DNA from: Raillietiella orientalis
Taxonomy: Eukaryota
Reading direction: 5' to 3'
Length of the DNA: 64,000 nt
Assembly (NCBI GenBank): GCA_036172245.1
Contig: JAYWIR010000063.1
Location: forward strand, 186,001-250,000
The notes under the pieces are model-generated. The model was not told the origin of the DNA and made no database searches. It was given only the letters and a program-made list of their open reading frames with translations. Below are positions 25,004 to 38,169 of the stretch, piece after piece. Both the position numbers and the translations under genes were made by a program. The first letter of the stretch is position 1. Every line of letters starts with the position of its first letter.

Positions 25004-25649
25004 GAGGTTTCCCGTAGAATGACTTCGGTCTGATTTTCAGCACTCCTGGGCGAGAGGTGAGCAGGAAGCCGGAAGCAGAGGGGAGGGGGACCCCACGAAA
25101 GCGTCCATGCCGCGGCCCGTTCCGGCAGAAGAGAGACCTACCTATTCGCCCTCTTTTGGGCGTCGCCTCCAGCCAGAGTGGTCGGCCAGAGCTGTCCCGC
25201 TTGGAAAATGCGAAGAAATCGGGGGGATTAGGGCGTCGCTACCTGCCCACGTCCTCCTCCCCTCCGGGTCGCAGGAGTGGACGGGGAGGTCCACGAGACG
25301 CTAACCGATGACTCCACTCCTCTCTTCCCCCTTCCTTCCCCTTCCTCTCCATCGCTGACCCCACCCGGTCCATGCAGAGGCGGATAGAAACTCAAGCAGC
25401 TGGGACGCGAAGGGGTAGGAGACGCACCGCCTGTGGGATTGTGCCCCTGGGCGCAGCACACTCTGCAGCCTGTTCCTGGACCAGCCTTGGTGTCAGTTGC
25501 AAGAGGGTCCGCAGACGGCGTCCTTGGCGCCAGCGCGAAGGAAAAGCGGCAGGAAGTCAGGAGCACTCGCTGCAGCGGTAGACGCCTAGAGGACGTCCTA
25601 CTGAGCGTCCCAGGGGCTTCTTCTGGCCCTCCCGATCCAGCTGTGCCTC

Positions 25650-26192
25650 CTAGGCAAACTGGCAGTGTGCCCTGGAGTGACGCGGTGCTAGACGTCTGTT
25701 TCAGTGGCTTCCACGTGAGGTTGAGCAGCAGCTGGAGGTCACCGCTCTTCAGCGCCTGCTTCCACCGGACACCAGAGAGATGTCGGCAGACTCCGGCCGC
25801 CCCTCCGCCGTCCACTTGCTCCTGCGCGCCGGCACGCCGGAAGGACCCACGTGGACAGCCTCCTCTTCCCGGCCATGAGCAGTACCCCCTGTCGAATCAC
25901 TCAGGGAGCTCTTCGAGACTGCACACTCCGGCGCCGGAAGTGAGGAGCCGACGAGAGCTGGGAATGCCCGTGCGAATCGCCAGCTCCAGAGCCTCGGAGT
26001 GCCCTGCGGCGACTCTTTGGCAGATGAGTGGTCCGATTGCCTACTCCGACAGGCGGGAAAGACAAGGCCCCTCTTGCCCGGACGGGCCGCTGCGCTCCAA
26101 AACGAATTCCCCCTCTTTTGTTTTGAGCTGGTAACCGTGTTTCCAACTCGTTTGTTCGTTTCGAATAAACGCCCCGGAGTGACCCCAGGGTG
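25650..26192 (+). mobile_element. Diverged LINE 3' end ending in the conserved junction motif
   Basis: Weak C...HLLL...W remnant near 25780-25855, a T-rich segment, then AATAAACGCCCCGG...GGGTG at 26164-26192. Confidence 0.45.
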
Positions 26193-26325
26193 ACAAACCT
26201 CATCATCCTCTTGGTCGGTGGTGGTGTAAGTTTCCTGCAGGAGCACCAGGTCGGATGGAAGCAGCACTTTGACTGCCTGGTCGTTGTGCACCCCGGCTGA
26301 CATTCCAACAGGTCACACTAAGATG
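26193..26325 (-). mobile_element. APE endonuclease N-terminus, antisense to the adjoining LINE 3' end
   Basis: HLSVTCWNV, then after one frameshift AGVHNDQAVKVLLPSDLVLLQETYTT; clear APE motifs I and II. Confidence 0.7.
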
Positions 26326-29300
26326 GCGAGAAAGAGAGATAGTAGTTCACTCATCACGTGAAGAAGGGTAAGCCAGCTGTGTTTCGACTACGAAATCCAT
26401 TCCATTTCTCTAAGAAATAATTCTATTCTATTCACTTTGAGGAAATTCATCAGTGTGAAACCGTGACTCACTAACACCAAGTAGTGTTAATTGTTGCCCA
26501 AACACTGTCATCTGATTGCAGAAATATGAAACATGGCAAAGAACTATTGCAGGAAAAAAGAAAAGAAAGGAAAACAAAGTTGATGTTTTATCTTTTAGTT
26601 TTTATTTTCTACACGCCTATTTTTTTTCTATCGTGAAAAGCAATCTTGCATCCAACAATAAAATCATTTTTAATCGATACTGCAAATTTTAATATGTAGT
26701 AATTATAGAGAATAGTGAAAAACAATATCAATATTTATTCTTCAATATCAAGGATATCAAATGACTTTGATATTAACAATCATAATTAATATAGCAATCA
26801 GTTGATTCGTTAATTCGGACTTTTACTTTCAATTTTTACATAATTTGTAATTAAAATAACCTATGATGTGAAAAACAGAAAATAAAGAACAGCGCACTTG
26901 TAAAACAAAGGATTGTATTGTCAATCTCTTTCTCTTTGCAATCACAGTTATGAATCATAAGCTCCATGACATGATGATTTTGCTTTTTTTATGACCAAAA
27001 GTCAAGTATACATGCCATATTTGGTGCTCAAGGACATCCCGTTCCTTACCAAATATTCTAGCTTTGAAGGTTCACACATCACGAATTATGCAGAGCGAAT
27101 ATCAAATGAAATGAAATCTATTTGTATCTCTTTGTGTTTGACTATAGTCATGAGTGCAAAATGCACGAACGCTCGGTAATACAAGTTGTTAGTTTGCTGG
27201 TTTTTCACAAAAGCATTTAAATCTGGACATTTTAAAGTAGACTCAGGATTTCTCGCTTGTTTTTTTGAAATATTTGCTATTCGAAAAGTGGTTTCCAGCA
27301 TTCCTCGATCGTATTTTTTTTAAATGCCCTGCTAATTTCCGTCGGGACTGGCAACCCGGACTTCGGGACCCCCAGTTTTCAGAGAATGGGTCGGCGGAAA
27401 AAGTGGCCAAAGTTGCATGAAGAAATGAAGGCCCAGTGGGGAAAATGCCCTAAAGTAAGTTGCTGTGAACCTAAGATGTGTGTGAGTGGATGATGAGTCT
27501 GCATGAAGGGCACACAAAATGCAGAATGGAAGTTTTACTTGCATTCTTTTTTTCTTTTTTCCAGTCAGAGCAATTAATGACGTTCTAGCGTACAAAGCAA
27601 TTCACGAGATTGTATTGTACAGATCGGGAATAACTTTACATCTCCGGCTCTAACTCTGAGTCGGTTGTGCTCACAAATTCCCGAATCGCCCATTCTTGAT
27701 TCTTATCATTAGATAACATCAACTGATTAAAAATGTTGCAATGTAGTGTTTGTACGCAATTAGATAAAACAATAAACATGGAGTCTGTTAGCTGAAGGAA
27801 GAAGTACGGTTTCAAAGTAAGTATTGCAAAATGTCATTAGTTTTGTTAGAAATCAGAGTTGCTCGCCACCATGACATAAAAATGTCATTCAGTGTCAATG
27901 TTATTCAGTTCTTTTCAGCCTTCCAATTACCTCCCTTGCATTTGACGTGCGTGAGTTTTCCAGGGTGCACTTTGGATCTCCGATGACGACATTATTAACG
28001 AAGCAGAATGTTATATAATCGTAGTCATTGTATCTTATTTTTTTTATGGAACACTTTGTAGGTGAATCTTTGTAATTTATGGTTTTCAACTGCCATGCAA
28101 CAGTCATCCTCAGAATCGTTCAAGTAAATGTAGTTCCGTTTGTGGAATAACTTTTGATGATCGTACTCATGTAAGGAAGGATCATAATTTAAGGTTATTT
28201 GCAGCCTCACTTTATTCCTTTGTATCACACAGACGGTAATGAGCAGGATAACAACACTGAGTACTCTTTTTGTGTTAGGTATCCATGTCAAAGATTTTTT
28301 TGCAGACTTGCATCAGTGAAGGAGCAATGCAGTCTGGAAATTCAAAATTTACATGAAAGGCAATACAAGAAAAATATTTGTAAATTGTAATCAGAGTTTC
28401 TTACCTCTAATCCTCAAAACATTATTAAAAGGCATAATGTTAAAAGTGACCAAAATGTTTTGATCTGCAGAACTCCATTTTTTGTCCTTTTTTTTTTTTT
28501 TTTTTCTTGATAATTTCAAATCAAATGCAAGATTATTATTAAAACATAAAGCCATTTTACTTATTAGCACATGAATGACTGAGGAAAAAAAATACTTAGT
28601 CCATTAATGAGTAAAAAATAAAAACCAGCATGTTTGAAAAGCTTTTGCCTCAAGTCTCTGAAAATTTTAGCTATTGTGCAAAGTATACTAGTCATTATAT
28701 TTAGAAATGGAATAAGTGCATAAATGTTTTTCATTAGTCACAGACGTCGAATTGGTGAGATTTCCGTGTTTATGTGTTACATAATATCTGTTTTCAACTT
28801 TATGCAATATTGGCTTTCATGTTATCTGAAATTCCTATACTTTTGGTTGCCAAAAGTGGTCTAAGGTCTGTTCATGTATCTGTAGGCAAATGTGCACCAT
28901 AACTTGTACCACATTTATAGTTTTCAACTATACTCATTCATTTTTAATGCAATTTCAAAATTTAAAATACCTTCATAGTATGATTTGAAGAGTGTTCCTT
29001 GATTTTGAACTTTCATGTACTGGTATTTGATAATTTGTAATTATTTAATCCCTCATCCAAATTATAGAACAGACTATGCCCTTTTGGAAATACATTGTTT
29101 TTAGATCCATGTTGCTGATCACACGTATTTCTGCTATTTTGTAGATCATGTAATTGCCACTCCAAATGTGTTAGAATTAATTTTGGGGCTGTTATCTGTG
29201 TAACTGGATAAATATTTGACTTCCCAAATGCAAATGTTGTCTGCAGATTACTTTTGTGTTTTGGATTGACTTAATTCCAAAGGTTTTGTAGAGTCATATT

Positions 29301-30807
29301 TGATTTGAATTTGTTCTAGGTAATTTGTGTGGCTGTATTTAAAAGTAGTTTTTCAGTATTGGAATAGATTTGAATGAGGTTATAGTTCAAGAATTCTTCA
29401 TTTTTTCATGATTGAAGTGAATTTTACAGCAGGCAATGGGAAAAAAGCATTGCCACTAGTGTAATTAAGCTGCAGTATGAAGTGAACTCTGGTATTGGAA
29501 TTATTTGTTTCTGAAATTACTGAGAATCTAGCTCCCCTCCCTTGCCTCAAAAGATTGTATATATGTGGTCTTTAGTATTAACAGCTGTTGTGTTGTTTAC
29601 AAAACTCATTGATCTGATTTAAATGTTCTTGATATCATTAAACTTGTTTAGTTATGAGTGTTTAGTAACTAGAAAGTTCCAGTCTCCCTGTTACACATTT
29701 CTACCACCAATTTTGAAGGTCAAGGATAGCCACTCACTCCTACAATTCCTTATGTTTTGATGGTTTGATTTTTTTGAACAGTAGAGTTGCTCCATTACAT
29801 TTTAGAATTAATTGTTTGTAAAAGCTCTAAGAAAACTCCACTCTTTTTTTTTTTTTCTCTTAGTAGTACTAACTTTAAGAAGTATTCTTAATGAATTGCT
29901 TGGTTACCACAAAGCTGTAATGTATCACCATTTGCTTCCCTTATTTAAAGGACATGATAATCAGATGTTGCTACATGACAAGGAGTCTAAGCCCCAACTT
30001 ACAGCATGTTTCTTGATTTGTTACTTTGATCTTTGACGTTAAATGGGTGTAATAAAATACTTATTTGGGAAGTATATATGACACATTTGGTACTTTGATG
30101 TATGAAAAAACCTCAGTTTCCAGTATTTCTAGTAGTTTGAACTCATCCATAGAAATTTCCACAGAAAAATCGAGTCTTTTAAGACTGCTTCCTCTCAAAA
30201 TCAGTGATTGGTTAATGTGGAAAATGTGTCAGGTAATCACTGTATGGAACTGGAGTATCATTGCAAAAAAAGAAAATGCTTTTTTTTTTTTGTTTCTTTC
30301 TTTTTGACCACTGAGTGTTGATGCGAATGTCGAGTGCCAAATCACAAAAACCATGTGAAAAATAATTTTTCCTATGGAAATATATATTGATATAATATAA
30401 AACTCTTAAATGTGATGTTCCATGTGTGATATCACCCTGTGGTGGATGATTTGTTGATTATATTTCATCAGAATGCCAAGTTTATTTTTGTGTTTTGACA
30501 GAAAGAGCCTGTGCTAGTAGGAAGATGCAATACAATTGGTGCTCTTTGGCATTCTTAAGGAGTCTAGTTTAGGAGATTCATTAACACAAGCACATTGTGT
30601 ATGCAAGGTGTACTTGCAAATTGGTGTGAATGTGAAGAAGGAGTTGTTTGCTATTGTTGAATTTGGAGTTTTGCTTATTGAAATGTTGAAAGCATGTTTT
30701 TTATATTCTAGAATTATTATTATTATTCTTTCCAAATGTATGTTTTCATCTTATTTGCAGTTATGAGCAGTAGTTCAGGCAATTGACAAGCAAGTACATA
30801 ATTCACA

Positions 30808-31841
30808 ATGTCTGGCAGAGACCGGATTAATATATTCCCCTCTCGTGGGTAAGATTTCTTTTTTTTGTTTTCTATGATGTAGTTCTCCCGTTTTCCTGCA
30901 CAATTTGGTGCACTTAAAAGCAACAAGTGTGTACACACGATCAAACTATTTACTTGAACACATAAATGTTTAGATTTAGATAACTGATTGGAAACGTTTC
31001 AATGCTAAATATCGATTTTATAATTTTATTTCCGATTTAAAAGGGCCCAGATGCTCATGAAGGCAAGGCTCAAAGGTGCACAGAAGGGCCATAGTTTGCT
31101 TAAAAAGAAGGCCGATGCTTTGCAAATGCGGTTTCGACAAATTCTAAGCAAGATTATTGAGGTGAGTCGTTGGGTCGTTCAACATGATGTGATTTGCTGT
31201 TTGCAGTCGAAGATGATGATGGGGGAACTTATGAAGGAAGCGGCTTTTTCACTTGCAGAAGCCAAATTTGCTACTGGGGACTTCAATCAGGTCGTTCTGC
31301 AGAACGTCACCAAAGCCCAAATCAAAATCCGAACTAGAAAAGATAATGTAGCAGGTAACAAGCTCAGTGGCCGTGATAATAATACAAAGTCTATGTGCTC
31401 GCGGCAGGAGTGACTCTCCCTGTGTTTGAATGCTATCAAGATGGGATGGATACATATGAATTGGCTGGTCTAGCCAGGGGCGGACAGCAGCTATCCAAAT
31501 TGAAAAAGAATTACCAGAAAGCCATTCACGTTTTAGTCGAGCTGGCCAGTCTGCAAACATCCTTCATTACATTGGATGAAGTCATAAAAGTCACCAACCG
31601 TAGAGTGAACGCCATTGAGCATGTGATCATTCCAAAAATCGAACGCACCTTAGCTTACATAATCAGTGAACTGGATGAGTTGGAGCGAGAGGAGTTCTAC
31701 CGTCTGAAGAAGATTCAAGACAAGAAGAAGATCATCCAGAGGAAGTACGAGGAGCAGCAGGCGAAGCTGCGCGAGCAAGGAATTGCAGTCCAACCGGAAA
31801 GCATACTGAACGATGTTCAAGATGATGATCTGCTTTTCTGA
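30808..31841 (+). CDS. ATP6V1D: V-type proton ATPase V1 subunit D (vha-14 orthologue)
   Basis: Exons 30808-30848, 31044-31161, 31207-31354 and 31408-31841 with GT-AG introns of 195, 45 and 53 nt. Protein [40 protein letters not shown]...[11 protein letters not shown]...[14 protein letters not shown]...[17 protein letters not shown]...DDDLLF*. Confidence 0.97.
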
Positions 31842-34800
31842 TGATGGCTAGCATGAGAATGGTTGAGTAGTCAGATAACAGTTGTGTTGTATACTGCACA
31901 CTATACCCATGTTGAGGTTTTAATATTTTATTTAAAACTTATTTTACAGCTTTGCATCTGTGAAAAAATAAATATGAAAATCTTATACGTCTTCTTCAGA
32001 GCTGGAACCACTAATCATGCTGCGGCTGCTAGACTGCAGGTCACTTACCATTCTCTGCAACAGACACAAAATGTTAGTTGCCAACGTACACGTACAAAGA
32101 AAAAGTGAAATCGCAGCCTCCGTGGCGTTTGTATTCTACTAAATTACATGCACAGGATGGATGAAGCTACTGGCGGTCCAGTTTGTGTGTAATGTGGTTA
32201 CGGTATCGATTTATTATTCGCAAACGCCAGCGGGTTGGTTTTGAAAGGGACCAGGAGATGTGCGTGAAGGGAAGGGACAGAACGGCGGTCGCGGTGGGGG
32301 GAGGGACTCCCTTGGTGTGAACATGGAATGCCTGGCAAGCCGACCCCAGGAAGATGCTTCTCCCACTTTCGATTGCCTGGTGAGCAGCACGCCCCGCCCC
32401 GCTGCGCGAGGCAGGGCCGATATAATGAAAGAAATGGACTGCTGGTTTCGAGAGCCGAAGCTTTAAACCGTCAACACCTTTCCGGTGTTCGCCAGCGGTG
32501 ATGGAAATCGACACGCCGCGCTCGTGGTTTGGTCCACGGTGCCGACCTCGGTTGCCATCTGCAACAGGGATGCCTGCGGCGTTTCCCACGCGCGAACACG
32601 GCGGCCGGGGTCGACGAATTCGCACCGCGCCGCCTGTGCGCACCGGGGGTGGGGAAGGGGGTGCTGGAGGTGGTGAACCCCCCATTCTTGCCAGTCGCCG
32701 CATTGTGGAGGTGGAGGCGGGGAGTTGGGGGCATCCGACTCTTTGAAAAGGCAATTTGAGGAATGGACTTGGGGATTCGCTCCAGAAATTCACTCGGATT
32801 TTGGCGAGCGGCAGCGGGGCGGGATGAACCCCAGCGAGAAGGCCCCTGGGCTGCTGACCGAAAATCAGTTAAGAGAGTAAGGAAAATGGGCTTTGAAGTA
32901 TGTCGATTCCTAAATGCTTGGACCAATAATGAACAAGTAATAATGAAAACAACTATGAATTTATTACAAGGCGCATAGAGAATTCTCTTCAAGAGAATAC
33001 GTTTTACTCTTGGAAATATTTTTTTCGTATTAATGACGTGTTTTGAGACACACAGAAACCAAGAAATAGTTTAGTGAGAACGTTTTGTTTACAGCAAGGG
33101 AAGAAAAGTTCCTGAGAATGATGCTGCTGATCATCGAGACTGGTTTGAAATTTCGTTCAATTACTGATCCTGCTTCCCACCTACTGCAATGGGGGCTCCC
33201 TACTGGCGCCAAACGGTCCAGCGGTAGCTCGTAACCACCAGGATCTTTCTCACCTATGCCTTGTTTCTTCCTTCTTCTCGGACGCATACTGATTCTTTCC
33301 GTCATGAATCCATGCTCTTTGTTCAACTTGTTTGGATTTTTGCTTCTTCTCGCGGATTTCCCAACACTTCTGAGAACATCTGCTCTGATCAACCACAGCG
33401 CGTGCGCCCCACGGGAGATTCCCGATGAAAGTGAAAGCGGAACTGTGGAAGAGGTCGACGACAGCAAAAGCAGGTGTGAGGTCGATGTGGCAGACAAATT
33501 GTCGAGGAGCATCATCATACCGCTGTTTGTATTTGTACTTTTCGCTGCTTCATTTTTTCTAGAGTCTCTTTTATCAAACCACCATGATCAGTGAGGGCTT
33601 CTTGAGAATAGCAGCGGCTGCATATTTTTGACTCCCATCATTCCTATACCAACCGTGTTTTACCGCCATTTAAAATAGAACGAGCACGTTTCCCTTCGTC
33701 CACACAAACACGTGTCACCTTACTCTGATTCTCCAATGTCGATATTGTTCATCATTTGTCAACTGCTGATTAAAGAGGTGATTAATGAGGAACACCTTTT
33801 CCGTCTAACAGCCAATCTATAATCCACAAAAGAACTTTCTGATAACTCCAGGGGGTTCCTCTAAATTGCATTGACTTTCTATACCCTACTTCACTTATTT
33901 GCATGCAGTGATTAAGTTAACCGAACGAAAGAAACCTATTTCCTCAGATTGTCAACAGTGAGAAAAGTTTGCTTCAGGGTGTTGTTTGACTCCCATTCCT
34001 ATTAGCGCATCTTGAAAGTAATTTCGAGTGACCATGTCTTCTGTATTATATATATATATTTTCATTCTCACGTGCAGAATTATTTTTTTTATGTTTGTGT
34101 CTTTTCTGCGTCCATACTACCGCAGTGTACTGATATATGCAAATACACGTTGATAAATCAAGAGAATACGAAATATTTTCAACCAGAAGATTCTTTTAGG
34201 AAGCAGTAAATTAAATCTAGTTGTGAAACAACCGCTGACTACCACTGCAGGTCTCCTACAAACCCAACAGGTTCACAAGTTCTCCCTCCGTGAAACTCGA
34301 TTCTTCCCTGGTCCAGTGGAAGACATGATGCCTCAATTTATTAATTCTAGGTTTGGCTACCACGAGCGCTACCAGTTCTTTGCCGAAGTGCCCGATGATC
34401 ACCTATTGCTTACTTGCATAGCCCGAGAACATGATGTTCGTACAATAGCACAAGAGCGAGTAGCAAAGCATAATGCACTTGGTAACACTTCTTGCTACGT
34501 AACGGTTGTATCGCGATACACGTTCGTGAGCAAGTCGAGCGTCCACTGACGAAGAGTTCCAATTGGCAGTGCTGCCAAGATGGCTGACGAAGCATTTCCG
34601 TACACGCGACAGCGTTGTGCAATGCTGAGTGCACAGATAGTAATCTGATAACTGTAATCTTTTTTTTTTTTTTTTACTTGATAATCTGGATTTGCAAGAC
34701 ACTTTCATTTATTTTATTTTATTTTCTGTTCTAGTTTTCCGTTTGCAGAAATATAGTCTTACTTGATCTCTTCGGAATTAACGAGCGAATCGATGAATCT

Positions 34801-36559
34801 CTTTATTATACGGAATCGTAATCGAAAAGCTACTGAATTCCCGTATTTTTGTTTCTTTTTCTTGGATATGAATACTTGAGATTTATCCGTTTTTTTCTTT
34901 TTGTGTTAGTCGCCAAGCGATTTCTTGTTTCCCATTTGGTAGGATTCGAAATGAGTTTTCGCTGCAAATTCCGGAGACCAAAGAAAGAACGAGAATAAAA
35001 ACCCTTGCTGCATCTGTGCGCAGTCAGAGGAAAGGATGGAAACATATGATGACCCTCCCAGATAAAAGACAATCAGTTTCGTTAGACAAACCAGAAGAAA
35101 CGGCAGTCGATTGCGACAGCCGAACCAGCACTTATAGATGGCTATAAGCAAAGCTTGTCTTCTTGCGATGAAAATAAACGGAGAATACCAGGTGTGCAGA
35201 TGTTGGAGGACAACGAAATCTCTCGGCAGAAAAAAAAAGCTGCAAGGTTCGTCGCCTTCATCGCTTATTGGTTTTTATTTTTCCTCGCCAAAGAAGCTTC
35301 TGTGGGTACCAACAGATCGAAGCACTCTTGAAAGGTGCCGAGGTGCCAGTTCAAGAGTCCACTCCTGTGACGCCTTGAACACTCCCTGAATCTCCCCAAT
35401 CCTCTTCTTGGCCTTTTCTCCATGCACTGAGGGAAGTCCGTCCACGCAAGAACATCAACCTGGCGGCAAAAAGGGAAGCACGACAGAAGTGGTTCGCCAC
35501 GCGTCTCTTCTTTCCTTTCCAGCCCGTGCTCTCTCCCTCGTCCACATTCCGCCCAGAAACTGTCTGCTTGCGTTATGTTCGGCTGTGTTCCTTGCAGCCT
35601 CGTCGGGAACTGGCAGTGAGGTGGCTGGCCTTCCCTCGGCGCCTCAGCCTGCTATTTCAGAACCCGTGGCGTCCGGAACACCGGGAGACGAGTAGATGGA
35701 AGGTTTCGTTTGCGGTGAAAAGGGACTTCAAGCTCGGAGCGAGGTCGGATCGTGCTGGTCGGAAGTCCGCATCAAAAACCCACTTCGGTCGCGAGCCCAC
35801 CCGCCAGCTGCGAGATCGCTGTTAGGATTTCTGTCCGATCGAAACGACGTTGCAGTCCGGAAAACCTGAGGGCGCTGCTCCCGACGGACACGCGTCTTTG
35901 ACGACCCCCCGCGATTCTTCCGGAACCCCCTTTCGACCCATCCGATCTCCGGAACTAGTAGGTTGCTTCGGATTGATCGGTGTCCGATTCTTCTGAAAGT
36001 CCCATGTCCGTTCAGCCGACTGGAAGCAAAGCTGTGGGGGCCGATTTCGATCCACTAGCCTTCGCACCTCCTCGGAATCTGCTGACCACTCTCCTCTCGA
36101 AACATCCTCCTCGAGAAGCGTGGGCTCGCTGGGGACCGTTTCGAAAACGCTCCCCTGGTCTCTTGGACTCCAAGACAACCAGACTTGGTGCTCAACACTT
36201 TTTTCAGTTCACGGGATTTCTCGTGATGGCGGTTTCTTTCTGGAAACGGTTCGGCACTGTTGCGTCGCCTGCTCGCCAGCCATTTTAACCCTCTCACCTC
36301 CCTCCCTCCCCTACCCGCCCCCGAGAGCTCGCGTTCGCACCATCACACCATCACGGAGATCACTTACTTACCGGTCAGGAAGATCGAGCGGCGGAAATTC
36401 TTTCTGTCGAGTTTTCTTTCCTCTTATTGCCACTTCATAGACCGAACCTTTGGGAGAGAAAGCCCGAATTGTCTCCTATCCAGAAGTTCAAAGGAGTTTC
36501 ATCCTGTGAACCCGGAAAAGGGGTAATCTGATCAGAGGACTCACCTACAGCGCTCCCTG

Positions 36560-36960
36560 CCTCCCTGGATCCCATGTTTTCTTATGCTACGACCGTGTCC
36601 CTTTCAATTCTCAAACAAAAAAATCTGCTCTCATCGGCTTCTCATCTGACACACCATCCATCTGGCGGCCAGTACACTAAACTACTTTTGGGAAGTGGAC
36701 GGGATGCTTGGAGCTGGCTCCTCCCTCCTGACGGCGATGCATCCGGAATCGCAGCGCCCGCAGGATCAGTCCACTACCTCTCCCCTCGTTAGGACCACCA
36801 CGAGAATGCAAAGTGAGATTTGTATACTGTCCTCTTCCGCAAGTTAGTTGAGTATAACAGCCGCCAGATGGATGGCGTGACAGATGCGAAGCTGATCGAG
36901 AGCAGATTTTATGTGACAGGAAACGTCGGGAAACAAACAAAATATGGCACGGGAGGGCCT
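36560..36960. mobile_element. MITE-like element with long imperfect inverted repeats
   Basis: About 36619-36683 (aaaatctgctctcatcggcttctcatctgacacaccatccatctggcggccagtacactaaacta) is the imperfect reverse complement of about 36845-36910. Weaker similarity extends outward; no ORF. Confidence 0.7.
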
Positions 36961-37091
36961 CTTCCTTATCCTCCACTTCTTCTGATTGTATGATGCGTTC
37001 CAGCAGAGGAGTGACCGTCCAACTTCCCATCCAGGGAGACGCGCTCAGAAAGGGCCAGCCGTGAGCACCCCCGGACCAGAAGACAAGTGTC

Positions 37092-37126
37092 ACCGCTTCT
37101 CGGTCTTTTGGCTAAGACTAAAGTGT
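37092..37126 (+). pseudogene. U2: U2 snRNA 5' fragment (nt 1-35), 3'-truncated
   Basis: ACCGCTTCTCGGTCTTTTGGCTAAGACTAAAGTGT versus the metazoan U2 5' end ATCGCTTCTCGGCCTTTTGGCTAAGATCAAAGTGT (about four differences). The similarity stops within the branch-point recognition sequence. Confidence 0.8.
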
Positions 37127-38169
37127 CGGTGAACCCTCGAGAGCAGAGGGGAGCTCGGAATGCTGGCTCGACGGCCGGAACGAGCTACCCCCAGCATCTG
37201 CCGTGAGCCGCAGTCGACACGAAGACTGCATGTGGAGCTTTTCCTAAGGCATCCACGATTTTCCCATATTGTCGAGTCTTCCCGCTATTTAATCTTTCTA
37301 GTGGATGGCTTAACCCGTTCCTTATGTGACGAGCCGAAGTGGAGGCGCTTCTCTTGCAAGTGGCCTTCCGCTGTTTCTTCCGACAACTTTGTCTGGAGAC
37401 TGTCGATCTTCCTCCGGCCAAACTTTTGCTGCTGAGGTCTTCTTCATGCTCGCAGGCATCGCGGCAGGGCAGCGCTCAGGACGTGCATGAGACAGGTGCG
37501 AAAAAAAAAAAAATCGATAGGTGTGTGAACGGCAGGGCACGGACTGTTTGCCACCAGCATCCCGGATGGACCCTGAAGAGTTCGCTGCACGCGCCAGAAT
37601 GCCCTCCGGCATCAGTTTCCTCGCTCGGCTCGCGAACGCGTCGGGAGCGAGTCGACTTCATCGGGCCCGCACAGGAAGAGGCGTCCACGATTGCGTGCTT
37701 TCCCACCTCAACTCCTCTGTCTACGAGCGCTGCCGCCCCGGTGCGTTTCCCACGCATGCGCACCGGAGCGTCCCACCCATCCGTCCACACGATTGGAAAG
37801 GACCGACCGCGGGCTGCGCCCCACGCTGCACGGTATGAAGTGGCCAAACTGGGTCAGACGAGAGGGGAGAGCCCCTCTTACCGAACCCAAGAGCCCCAGA
37901 GAGCTCTTGGGTTCGGTAGGCGGGCTCTTTTTTGTCCGTACGCGCGCGCCTCGCGGCGGGTGCATCCGGAGCTACGAAGAAGCGCCCGCGACGCGCCTTC
38001 CGGCGGGCCGCTCCTTGAAAACAGGCAGAACGCTTCCGAGGTGCTCGGGTCAGACCGGGCCTCCAGGCGCTCCCGGTTCGCCCTTCCGTCGCGACGCTCC
38101 TCTCCGGAATCGCCCGAGGAAGAGCTCATGCCGCTTGCTAACGTTACCCGCACGGCGTCACTTGCTCAC

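Noticed and set aside
27480..28265. C/D box snoRNAs (TGATGA near 27491 and 28155)
   Set aside because: The first has no D box in range; the second lacks a terminal stem and a recognisable guide.
27901..28291. Minus-strand ORF with an N-terminal hydrophobic segment
   Set aside because: 88 aa with no recognisable domain and no supported splice continuation.
31051..31413. ORF-track read-through version of V-ATPase D
   Set aside because: The [15 protein letters not shown] insert is a 45-nt stop-free GT-AG intron; removing it restores the conserved sequence.
32167..33630. Possible minus-strand gene convergent with V-ATPase D
   Set aside because: Some splice-like sites, but no consistent frame or recognisable protein.
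34230..35070. ABCC/MRP transporter pseudo-exons (FTEGELVNL)
   Set aside because: One short motif among stops and frameshifts; not supportable without a search.
35400..35650. Reverse transcriptase remnant on - (RPATSLP...G..G...N)
   Set aside because: Too degenerate; no DF.KAFD, QG or YADD match.
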